From a virus (taxonomy: Duplodnaviria > Heunggongvirae > Uroviricota > Caudoviricetes): a DNA stretch of 14,783 nucleotides. The notes below the pieces were generated by a model. That model was not told the origin of the DNA. It saw only the letters and a program-made list of their open reading frames with translations, and searched no databases. Of this stretch, positions 1-7,769 are shown in pieces. The stretch lies in IMG/VR virus record IMGVR_UViG_2541047897_000004. One strand, written 5' to 3'. How positions within the stretch are numbered: the stretch's first letter is position 1; every line of letters begins with the position of its first letter. Position numbers and translations under genes: made by a program.

Positions 1-114
1 ATAAAACCGGGTGATGCAAAAGTAGCCATTTGATTCACAAGGCCATTGACGCATCGCCCGGTTAGTTTTAACCTTGTCCACCGTGATTCACGTTCGTGAA
101 CATGTCCTTTCAGG

Positions 115-190
115 GCCGATATAGCTCAGTTGGTAGAGCAGCGCATTCGTAATGCGAAGGTCGTAGGTTCGACTCCTATTATCGGCACCA
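115..190 (+). tRNA. thrW: tRNA-Thr (anticodon CGU)
   Basis: 76-nt cloverleaf read directly: acceptor stem GCCGATA/TATCGGC, D-loop AGTTGGTA, anticodon loop TTCGTAA with anticodon CGT (reads ACG), T-arm GGTTCGACTCC, encoded 3' CCA. Matches my recollection of enterobacterial thrW, a known integration site. Confidence 0.92.
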
Positions 191-192
191 TT
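172..192. repeat. attL-type direct repeat (3' end of tRNA-Thr, actcctattatcggcaccatt)
   Basis: 21-bp sequence identical to 13313-13333; overlaps the tRNA 3' end, as is typical for tRNA-targeting integrases. Confidence 0.85.
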
Positions 193-794
193 AAGAAAAT
201 CAATAACTTAGCTTAACTTCTCTAAGAAATTGTATCTTCTGTTATCACTTACAAACGCCTATACGTTGTTATGGGCTTTGGTAGTGTAACACGTATGGGC
301 GAGTAGTTCACAGGCTCAACCTCGTAACAAGTTCCTTTGAAGCTGGAAGACGTGCCACCGTCTCTAAACCTTCTACCAAAACTCTTAGCAAGATGTTCCA
401 CACCTGGCGCGGTGTCCAATGATGCTACACGTCGTGAGACGTTGCAGAGGATAAACAGGCTAAATGATGGGAAGAGTTTTAAGTGCATAGTGGATTAAAG
501 CCCACCTCTTCAAAACCTAACTTGATCGGGAAAGAATCAAGCTCTAGCACGGTTTCGTCCACCGGAGTACAACGGGTGCCTGATAAGAGAAGAACTGCTA
601 AGACTTCATAGCTTTTGTGAAAAAGCCCTTTTTAGTGGATACGCCTACGGCGCTTATTTTTTGGTATAACCATCAAAGGCGCTTTATGGCTCCTATTGTC
701 TTGAAAATGTATCTTTACTTGTATTGTGTTTTATGCGTAGCCTTCCTGTGTAGTATGTAACTTGTTAATTTTCATATGAATACAGAGGCACACG

Positions 795-947
795 ATGAAA
801 AACATTGCAGCTATCAAACGTAATAACCGCAAGATTCACGCTCGTAAGTTCCTGTCTACGCCAGAAGGAAAAGCCTGGCTAGAGCGTAAACAGCGAGAGA
901 ACGAAGAAAGAAAACTCCTTAGTGAGTTGAAATGGCTTAAGGATTGA
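795..947 (+). CDS. small basic protein, 50 aa (MKNIAAIKRNNRKIHARKF...), hypothetical
   Basis: ATG at 795 with GAGG 7 nt upstream; ORF below the 60-aa cutoff of the supplied track; lysine/arginine-rich. Function unknown. Confidence 0.35.
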   Translation: MKNIAAIKRNNRKIHARKFLSTPEGKAWLERKQRENEERKLLSELKWLKD

Positions 948-1013
948 ATCACCAGTAGGCGCATAACACATCCAGCGATCAAAGATGTGTTTATGCACCT
1001 GATAGTGAAATTA

Positions 1014-1172
1014 TTAAAGTCGTTTAGTTAACATCGCCATTGCTTGAGCAATAATTGCAACAGCGTCCATCTCTTCACTGGAAGCGATGCAAATGCGGTA
1101 ACTAATAGCCACAACGAATACATCAATAACGAGAAAGTGAATAGTGTGAAGATGTTTTGAAAGTAAATGCAT
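1014..1172 (-). CDS. small hydrophobic peptide, 52 aa (MHLLSKHLHTIHFLVIDVFVVAISYRICIA...), hypothetical
   Basis: ATG preceded by GGAGGA (4-nt spacer) on the minus strand; hydrophobic core consistent with one membrane helix; not in the ORF track because it is under 60 aa. Could be spurious. Confidence 0.25.
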   Translation of the reverse strand: MHLLSKHLHTIHFLVIDVFVVAISYRICIASSEEMDAVAIIAQAMAMLTKRL

Positions 1173-1512
1173 AACTTCCTCCGGTTTTACGATAGGAAGA
1201 TTAGAACATGCATTAAATGATGTTACAAGGGTGGTAATTTACCCTAATAGTCTACTATTCACCTCAATCTACGTCAACCAATATTTGATGTAGATTTAAT
1301 TTTCTTTTAAAAACAATGTGTTGCAATTTGTTGAATTTTGGGGTTAGGTTGTTTTTTGAACGTTTTCATCAAGTGTAAAGATACGTTTAGCCTTCATAGT
1401 GAGTTCAGTTACTGTCTTTTTCTCTGAAATCGGCGCAGACGTGATCAATGTTTAACGCGAAGATCAGCGGCGTCAGGTCCACGCAGCGACAATTCTCAAA
1501 TATCAGGAGGCA

Positions 1513-2064
1513 TTACGCTTCCTGCTCTTTCTTGATACGTTGCACCGTCTGTGTGCTGACACTGAAATCTTTTGCTACGCTCCGAATTGATCCACCATTC
1601 GCGAGAGCGGCAACAATTCCCGCTCGATCAATTGCTTTTCCATTACCACGTTTTGCTATACGTCCAGCGGCCTTAGCTGCGGCGATCCCCTCACGCTGCC
1701 GCTCAAGCATCATTTCACGTTCCATTTGTGCCACTGCTGCAAGCACTGTGAGCATCATATTCCCTGCGGGAGAGTTCTTCCCTGTCTTAAAGTCTTCTTT
1801 ATGGAAATGCACAGACACGCCGCGCTCTGTTAATTGCTCAACCGTTGCCAGTAGGTCGGCTGTATTACGGCAAAGTCGATCAATGCTGTGAACATGCAAA
1901 ACATCACCTTCACGCACATAGTTCATCATTGCCTCAAACTGTGGGCGCTGGGTATTCTTGCCTGACGCTTTATCTTCAAAGACTTTATCAAGAGTTACTC
2001 CAGCTAATTGACGGTCTGTGTTTTGTTGGACAGTCGATACCCTAATGTATCCAATATTAGCCAT
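1513..2064 (-). CDS. serine recombinase (resolvase/DNA-invertase family), 183 aa from the second Met
   Basis: N-terminal IGYIRVSTVQQNTDRQ catalytic-serine motif, DKASG, TVLAAVAQMEREMMLER and a C-terminal HTH (SIRSVAKDFSVSTQTVQRI), all hallmarks of small serine recombinases. AGGA lies 8 nt upstream of the second ATG (2064); the ORF track starts two codons earlier at 2070. Confidence 0.9.
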   Translation of the reverse strand: MANIGYIRVSTVQQNTDRQLAGVTLDKVFEDKASGKNTQRPQFEAMMNYVREGDVLHVHSIDRLCRNTADLLATVEQLTERGVSVHFHKEDFKTGKNSPAGNMMLTVLAAVAQMEREMMLERQREGIAAAKAAGRIAKRGNGKAIDRAGIVAALANGGSIRSVAKDFSVSTQTVQRIKKEQEA

Positions 2065-2593
2065 TTTCATTTTCCTTCTGTGTTGATTTGTGTGTAGTGA
2101 TTATTGATCGTGTTGATTAGGTGTGTAAAGGACTTTTTTCACTACGAAATTCGAAGGTTTTTAGTGTGGTGATTTAGCCTGCTTTATCACTACACGTCTT
2201 GCATGAGAATCATGTAGTTACATTTTGGTAAAATTAGCAAGCTATTAAATAGTGTGTTTATTTTGAAAAAATAATTTTTTGTTGCATTAAAGGAAACTTG
2301 TTCGACAAATAATAGATTGATTTTTAATCAACAATTTCTGATAGTGCTCTGTAAGCCGCATTACACAAGGCTTTGCGAAAGTGATGTAAAAGTGAAGAAA
2401 GTAAGAATTGCACTTTTAAGCTACTTTTCATTGAATTTTTAGTATGGAATTACATAAGGATTAATCATCAATTAATCTTGAATTTAAGCCTGTTTTAGAT
2501 GTTTAATTTTGGTAGCAAGAAACACTTTTAGAAGATCATTGCACAGATGTTATGTGATAAATGGATGTAACGGTAGGTCACTGTGAACTACCC

Positions 2594-2724
2594 CCACAGA
2601 ATTCTGTTATCCTTAACTTTTAAAGAAATATGCACCCTAACAGAAAACTGTTACCCCAACCCTAACAGAATTATGTTATACACCCCCACAGAAAACTGTT
2701 AGCCACCCCTACAGAATTTTGTTA
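2594..2724. promoter_or_regulatory. array of five 16-bp palindromic sites, consensus yAACAG-N4-CTGTTA (iteron/operator-like)
   Basis: Sites at 2594-2609, 2638-2653, 2663-2678, 2686-2701 and 2709-2724, each preceded by a C-tract (cacccc); centre-to-centre spacing 44, 25, 23, 23 bp; site 2 is a perfect palindrome TAACAGAAAACTGTTA. Confidence 0.6.
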
Positions 2725-2841
2725 CCTATTAGATCAACTATCAAACTACAATTAAATTATCTTTTATAAATTCTTTTATCTTTAAAGAATAATTATAGGG
2801 ATACCCGTTAGGGGAGTCCTTGACTATCCCTTAATCTATTG

Positions 2842-3215
2842 GCATTCGCCAGAACCTTGCACAAGTTAGAGTGTTAGTCGTTAGACTGCTTGTCATAACA
2901 CATAGTTTTTGTTTGTTGATGTTAGTTAGTAGATCTATGTTCGCTAATGCCGCTCACAACGAATATGTAATCTACTATGTGCAAATAGCCTACGGCTTGC
3001 GTAAGGCTAAATAGTCTTGCGCTGTGCGCAGAACGATAATTAACTAACTACCATCTAACGATTGAAATTTACTTGTGCAATAACCTGAGCGTAAGCGAAT
3101 GGTTGTTAGTGTCTATGCGCTGTGCGCTTCAATAGTTCCATTGATGAGGCTTACGCCAATCTAACGATCATCAATCATCTAAAATAAATTTCTTGTGCAA
3201 TGTTCTGGCGAATGC
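2842..3215. repeat. 24-bp inverted repeat pair (GCATTCGCCAGAACcTTGCACAAG at 2842-2865; CTTGTGCAAtGTTCTGGCGAATGC at 3192-3215) flanking a 326-bp segment
   Basis: The reverse complement of the left copy matches the right copy at 23 of 24 positions; the intervening segment holds a degenerate ~100-120-bp tandem duplication (gcgctgtgcgc, atctaacgat and cttgtgcaat each occur twice). Confidence 0.6.
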
Positions 3216-3695
3216 AATTAGAGTAGCGTTACCCCTTTGGGGATGCTAACGCATAACTATAGATCAACCATCAAACAGACAAAAAAGAAAAATATGGTTT
3301 AAAGATGTTAGGTAGTAGATGAGATTCTACCGCTTAAATCAAGCCGTAGGCGAGCTAAACGTATATAAGGCAGGGAAACACTTAGCGGTAATAGATTATC
3401 TCGTTATAGAGCTTCTGAGGAGCTTTACAGGTATTTTATAAGGTGTCTGAAATTAGAGTTAATCTATCATCTCCTTTTCATATACCTAACAAATACAAAA
3501 TAAGCCCCTTAAATAAGCCTCTGGCGAGCTAAACAGCCTCTACATAAGGGAATGTATTGTATTTATCAAAACCTCGTCAGAGGGCGTTTTAGAGCGTTTT
3601 AGAGAATAAGGAAGAATAGGAGTACTCGTAAGAGCACGAATTGCTAAGAAAAATTATAACACACTGAAAATGATCAATATTTTTATGGCTAGGGG

Positions 3696-3724
3696 TTGAC
3701 AAAAGCTTTTAGTCGTGGTAAAGT
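3696..3724 (+). promoter_or_regulatory. sigma70-like promoter candidate (TTGACA-17 bp-TAAAGT) for the small-protein operon
   Basis: Perfect -35 hexamer at 3696-3701, 17-bp spacer, -10-like TAAAGT at 3719-3724; about 120 bp upstream of the first ORF at 3848. Confidence 0.4.
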
Positions 3725-3847
3725 AATATTAGGGACAGAAAACATTCTTATCCTCTAAGTAATTAAACCAATGCACCGCACTTTGAAGCCCAACAAGGCT
3801 TGCAAGGTGTTTTTTCTTTTAACCAAATAGAATAAGGAGGCTAATTA

Positions 3848-4024
3848 ATGAAATATTTTACTCCACAGGATGTAGTTGAAGCCTGGAAACGTGGTGAGAT
3901 TAATCGTTTTAAAGTAAGGATGAACAGGAACACAGCGCGACGCTGTGGTTATCCAGAGCGTGAAAAATGCTTTGACGATGCACTAAAAATTATTGATGAA
4001 CTGCGTAAGGCAGAGAAAGAATAA
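3848..4024 (+). CDS. small protein, 58 aa (MKYFTPQDVVEAWKRGEINRFKVRMNRNTARRCGYPEREKC...), hypothetical
   Basis: ATG preceded by a consensus AAGGAGG 7 nt upstream; absent from the ORF track only because it is under 60 aa. Confidence 0.6.
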   Translation: MKYFTPQDVVEAWKRGEINRFKVRMNRNTARRCGYPEREKCFDDALKIIDELRKAEKE

Positions 4025-4045
4025 TAACAGGAGAAGGAGAAAACT

Positions 4046-4216
4046 ATGAGCGAAACTACAGAAAAGAAAAGACAACCACGCACTTGCTTTCATATTCCTG
4101 ATGAAGTATTTCAGGTGTTGTTTAAAGAAGCCAGAAGTAAACGTATCACTGTTACAGATTACATTCTTGATATGTTGAAAAGAGAGGCTGAAACACTCTC
4201 AAACAAAAGCAAGTGA
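4046..4216 (+). CDS. ribbon-helix-helix (CopG/Arc-like) DNA-binding protein, 56 aa
   Basis: GGAGAAGGAG upstream of the ATG; sequence RTCFHIPDEVFQVLFKEARSKRITVTDYILDMLKRE fits the beta-strand/helix/helix pattern of RHH regulators and antitoxins; under 60 aa so not in the track. Confidence 0.6.
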   Translation: MSETTEKKRQPRTCFHIPDEVFQVLFKEARSKRITVTDYILDMLKREAETLSNKSK

Positions 4217-4269
4217 TTTTTATCACCATAGTAGCGCCGTAGAGCGTGATTACATCAAGGAGATTTTTA

Positions 4270-4839
4270 ATGATTAATGAAGAACAATTTGTAAAAGTTC
4301 CTATGTGGATTCTAAAAATAAGCCAAGTAAACGGGCATAAATTTACAGATAGTGCTAAAAACCTTTACTGCTATTTGAGAGGGTTTGATCGTGCATTTCC
4401 CTCTTACGCTAAGATAGGCGATGTTTTTGGCATAACACCAAGAGCAGCAGAAGAAAGGGTTAAGAAATTGCTCGAAATGGGATTAATTATAAAAGATGCA
4501 CGACCAGGAAGCTCTAACCTTTATCGAGTGCTTGATATTCCAAAAGGAGAATCATCACTACCTGATCCTTCTGAGAAAGAAGACGAATCTAATGGAATAT
4601 TGAATGTTTCCGAAATCATCATTGAAGAAGAAACACAGGAATCAGAGTTCCCTGAGCGGCCCGAAATTTTTACTTGGCTTCTTTCCCTTGATAAGAAGAA
4701 ACCACCACACGAAGAAACAGAAGATTTTGTAAAACGAGCATTAGATTCAAAGAATATCTATCTTTGTGAAAATGATTTTGACTCTTTGATAATTGATCTC
4801 AAAAGTGAGAGCACAATATATGATTCACTACCCTTCTAA
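4270..4839 (+). CDS. winged-helix/HTH DNA-binding protein with acidic C-terminal tail (possible replication initiator or regulator), 189 aa from the ATG
   Basis: AAGGAG 6 nt upstream of the ATG at 4270 (the track's 4246 start is a GTG); N-terminal ...LYCYLRGFDRAFPSYAKIGDVFGITPRAAEERVKKLLEMGLI resembles wHTH domains of plasmid/phage replication-organiser proteins; C-terminus is rich in Asp/Glu. Family assignment is by eye only. Confidence 0.75.
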   Translation: MINEEQFVKVPMWILKISQVNGHKFTDSAKNLYCYLRGFDRAFPSYAKIGDVFGITPRAAEERVKKLLEMGLIIKDARPGSSNLYRVLDIPKGESSLPDPSEKEDESNGILNVSEIIIEEETQESEFPERPEIFTWLLSLDKKKPPHEETEDFVKRALDSKNIYLCENDFDSLIIDLKSESTIYDSLPF

Positions 4840-4848
4840 GGAGAATAA

Positions 4849-5118
4849 ATGACTTATAACATCACTATAGGAAACAAAACTATTGAAATAACTGAAAGCG
4901 GATACAACATTTTAAAATCTATTTTGGACATAGAGTTCTCACCCCCGACAGTGGTTAGCTTTTGTAGTTTAGGCGGCTACAGCGCACAACACGTGAATCA
5001 TTGGTTAAACCATTTTACATCGTTCGGTGTGCTGGATTATGAAGGGATTAACAGCACTACATTTCGTCTTTTGAAATTAAACAAAGATTTTGAATTGTTT
5101 ATCACAAACAATCAATAA
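4849..5118 (+). CDS. hypothetical protein, 89 aa
   Basis: AAGGAG 5 nt upstream of the ATG; co-directional and tightly packed with neighbours; no recognisable motif. Confidence 0.7.
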   Translation: MTYNITIGNKTIEITESGYNILKSILDIEFSPPTVVSFCSLGGYSAQHVNHWLNHFTSFGVLDYEGINSTTFRLLKLNKDFELFITNNQ

Positions 5119-5214
5119 CAACAGATCGGGCAATACATATGGCAAATGCATTTATGGCGATATTCATCGTAACTATGGCATTCAGTTTTTATAATCCACA
5201 TAAAAAGAGGGAAA

Positions 5215-5598
5215 ATGGGAAGAAAGAAAAAGAACAACTTAAAACGTATTGAAAAAAACAGTAATTTCAATTCAACAAGACAACGTCCACCGACACATAC
5301 CAATAACGAAATTCCAGGGGAAGAGATAATCTTTATTCTTGAAACAGAATCCCCTGAATTAAGTGATGAAGAATTAGAAATAATCCAATCAATGCCAGGC
5401 GTTTACTTTCGCCCAAGAACAAGAAAACAAACTATCATTTCTGATGGCACTCTGAAACGTTGGCAGCTTTTAGGGTTTAGCTCCTATCATCATTTTTTGG
5501 GATTTAACGCTTTCAATAATTGTGTAGGTGGTGCATCGGAAGTCGATCTGATGGCTCATTTAGAAGATACATTAGCTTCTAACAAACGTTCTAACTAA
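5215..5598 (+). CDS. hypothetical protein with basic N-terminus, 127 aa
   Basis: AGAGGG Shine-Dalgarno upstream of the ATG; N-terminal MGRKKKNNLKRIEK; no recognisable catalytic motif. Confidence 0.65.
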   Translation: MGRKKKNNLKRIEKNSNFNSTRQRPPTHTNNEIPGEEIIFILETESPELSDEELEIIQSMPGVYFRPRTRKQTIISDGTLKRWQLLGFSSYHHFLGFNAFNNCVGGASEVDLMAHLEDTLASNKRSN

Positions 5599-5655
5599 TA
5601 AAATGATGGGTGTATGTATAAGCGCCCAATGAAAATATTCGAAAAAGGAAAAATA

Positions 5656-5859
5656 ATGATTGGCTATATTCAAGAAACACAATTATTTCAGATGATCCTG
5701 TCTGATGCAAAAAACTATGCTGAGTTAATTCGGCTGGCAAAAGAAACAGAAGACTACGAAGCATTAGAGCGTTACCGTGATGAAGTGCTGACGCTCAAGA
5801 CACCTTTTAACATCGTATTGAATATGATTAATGATGCATTACAAGGAGAAGACGCATAA
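5656..5859 (+). CDS. small acidic protein, 67 aa (ORF extends to 5614 for 81 aa)
   Basis: AAGGAAA 5 nt upstream of the internal ATG at 5656; stop overlaps the next start (TAATG at 5857-5861), implying translational coupling; net negative charge. Confidence 0.6.
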   Translation: MIGYIQETQLFQMILSDAKNYAELIRLAKETEDYEALERYRDEVLTLKTPFNIVLNMINDALQGEDA

Positions 5860-6167
5860 TGGAAGAAGATATTAGCAATGCAATGGAACAACTTTTAGAT
5901 CTGACTATCTCACTACAAACAAGAATAAATCAAGCCTATTCAGATTTATGCGATTACACGCTCTCACAATGCGTTATTAGCTTAATGAAGGTGAATGTAA
6001 GCCTTGACGATTTTATCTCTCTGGTGAGCGATTTAGAGCTATCAGAGGACGATGCAAAACAGTGTAATCAAATCATCACAGACATCGCCACCACGTTAAA
6101 GGTTGCAAGTGAAGAGATTCAGCAATTAGTAGATGATTTAGCAAAAAGTGCTATTTTCTCTAAATGA
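5859..6167 (+). CDS. strongly acidic small protein, 102 aa (about 19 Asp/Glu versus 6 Lys/Arg)
   Basis: ATG overlaps the upstream stop; AGGAGA upstream; composition counted directly from the translation. Confidence 0.7.
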   Translation: MEEDISNAMEQLLDLTISLQTRINQAYSDLCDYTLSQCVISLMKVNVSLDDFISLVSDLELSEDDAKQCNQIITDIATTLKVASEEIQQLVDDLAKSAIFSK

Positions 6168-6443
6168 TAATGAAAATTATTTGCATTTATAATGATTTTG
6201 TTATATAATAATTTTAGGGGTAGATAAAAAGATTTTAGTTGGTGTTAATCCTTCTACTGTCATAAATCCCTGCATATGGAAGGTGATAGCCTCAAAGGTT
6301 GAGTGGCATTAACCTCTAACAAATATTACCTTCCATCTCTCAAGAAGTTTTAGAATAATCATAACTCCCTCTTTGATTGTTGATTGTTGATTGTTTCTAC
6401 GTTGTGTTGATGAATGTTGTTAGGCATTGTGCTTAATTTTGAT

Positions 6444-6490
6444 AAAAGCGGGTAGGTGTTATCTCCTTGCCCTTCCCGCTTTTATTTTTC
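6444..6490 (+). terminator. rho-independent terminator candidate downstream of the small-protein operon
   Basis: AAAAGCGGG (6444-6452) pairs with CCCGCTTTT (6475-6483), followed by ATTTTTC. Confidence 0.55.
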
Positions 6491-7028
6491 ATCTATGCTT
6501 ATCCTAAAGCTCCTTATTTTGTCCGAAAACATTAAAGAGCCTTACACTGATAGTTATATTTTATAACTATTTACTAACATCATTAAACTCTTATTTAATG
6601 ACGGAAGTTAGTAACAGAATAATCTATTAAGTTGTTGTCAAAAACAATCATCTGCATAGCGTTAGCCGCAAGCAGAGAGAGTTTAGCTAAGAATTGTGCA
6701 ATAACCTTTGGAAATATTGATAGCAAAACGGGTTTTATAGACTGCAAATCTATAATCTTTGGTTGTAAAAACGCTTTTTCTGAAACGGTAGATTATTGTT
6801 GGTGTAGTTAATTCTATTAAAATTTGATCTGTGAGTAGATGAGAATTGGAATAGTGATTCCTTAAAGCCTTACTTTGTTGCATCCACAGCAAAAACAGGC
6901 AGCGGTTAGCCACCGCACCCAGAATATCAGATCTTAGTGATTCCAGTGGCAAACTCCTAAGAGCCTTCCTTTCTAAGGTCTGATATTCACTCTTTAAGCA
7001 TATCATCAAGTATATTTAAAAAGTGTAT

Positions 7029-7056
7029 TTGCTGATATGTTTAATCCTCTTATAGT
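7029..7056 (+). promoter_or_regulatory. sigma70-like promoter candidate (TTGCTG-16 bp-TATAGT) upstream of the cargo block
   Basis: Hexamers read directly at 7029-7034 and 7051-7056; followed by a terminator-like hairpin (AAGCCCC 7091-7097 / GGGGCTT 7130-7136 plus T-run) in the leader. Confidence 0.3.
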
Positions 7057-7169
7057 TTAACTTATCAATTATGTAATTGCCCGCACGTTAAAGCCCCTTT
7101 GCTGGTCAGAATTAACCTCTTACGGCATTGGGGCTTTTTATTTGTCTGGCACTAACAGGAACGTTATTT

Positions 7170-7367
7170 ATGAAACAAGAAATGATTATCAGCAAAGACG
7201 GGGAAACGATGATTGTTAGTGATGAAAACCTCATTAAGGTTGCCGCACTGTTGGGAGTTACTCCCGAAAGTCTTCGTTCTACCACTGCTCAATTATTTAA
7301 ATCGGCTGATGCGGTTAGTCTTGCTGATGCCCTTAAATCTAAAATTAAACAACTGAAAGGAAAATAA
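7170..7367 (+). CDS. small protein, 65 aa, possible HTH (…LIKVAALLGVTPESLRS…)
   Basis: ATG at 7170 with AGGA 9 nt upstream; the track's longer form starts at a TTG (7128) that overlaps the leader hairpin. Confidence 0.55.
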   Translation: MKQEMIISKDGETMIVSDENLIKVAALLGVTPESLRSTTAQLFKSADAVSLADALKSKIKQLKGK

Positions 7368-7371
7368 TCTT

Positions 7372-7755
7372 ATGGCTAACCCATATGGAAAATTAAAAGC
7401 AGTGAATGCGGATAATTCCCGTTCACGCTGTAAGGTAGTAGCTTACGCTGCTGATCCAGTGCTGCAAGATCGCCTCGTCAAACTGGCTTCACCTCTCACT
7501 GACGATCTTATTGTCGGGGCTTTGCTGAAAGCCGATGGCACCAAAGCAACAACCGCATCTGATATTGCTCACGTAGTAGTTGAACCGGCTTATGAAGGAC
7601 AGGAAAGCGTAGTGGTTGCACATCCTACTTTCGTTATTCTGGCTGAAGATGGGATTGAATTTAACAGCATGGAAAAGGCAAGTGTTATTGCAAAACTGCA
7701 ATCTCTCGGCTTTGTAATTGCTGGTTATGAAGAACTTGCGATCCCTACGACTTAA
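7372..7755 (+). CDS. hypothetical protein, 127 aa
   Basis: AAGGAAAA upstream; 4-bp gap after the preceding gene. I compared it to lambda D and U type small virion proteins and could not confirm either. Confidence 0.8.
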   Translation: MANPYGKLKAVNADNSRSRCKVVAYAADPVLQDRLVKLASPLTDDLIVGALLKADGTKATTASDIAHVVVEPAYEGQESVVVAHPTFVILAEDGIEFNSMEKASVIAKLQSLGFVIAGYEELAIPTT

Positions 7756-7769
7756 CAAGGAAAATAATA

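Noticed and set aside
249-488. 79-aa minus-strand ORF next to the tRNA
   Set aside because: No ribosome-binding site and no motif; likely chance ORF in a decayed segment.
1448-2045. Plus-strand ORFs 1448-1891 and 1845-2045 from the six-frame track
   Set aside because: They lie antisense within the well-supported serine recombinase gene; no Shine-Dalgarno and no motif; shadow ORFs.
2594-3604. Possible CRISPR array, given the many repeats
   Set aside because: The repeats are palindromic 16-mers with irregular spacing plus unrelated repeat families; there is no regular repeat-spacer periodicity and no cas genes.
5112-5303. 63-aa minus-strand ORF, and a 37-aa plus-strand ORF (about 5139-5252)
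   Set aside because: The minus ORF is antisense to the start of a plus-strand gene and Cys-rich; the 37-aa plus ORF overlaps the next gene's start in another frame and lacks a Shine-Dalgarno.
6683-7009. 108-aa minus-strand ORF in the long intergenic region
   Set aside because: Starts at TTG with no Shine-Dalgarno, is isolated and opposite to all neighbours; the region is flagged as possibly non-coding functional DNA instead.
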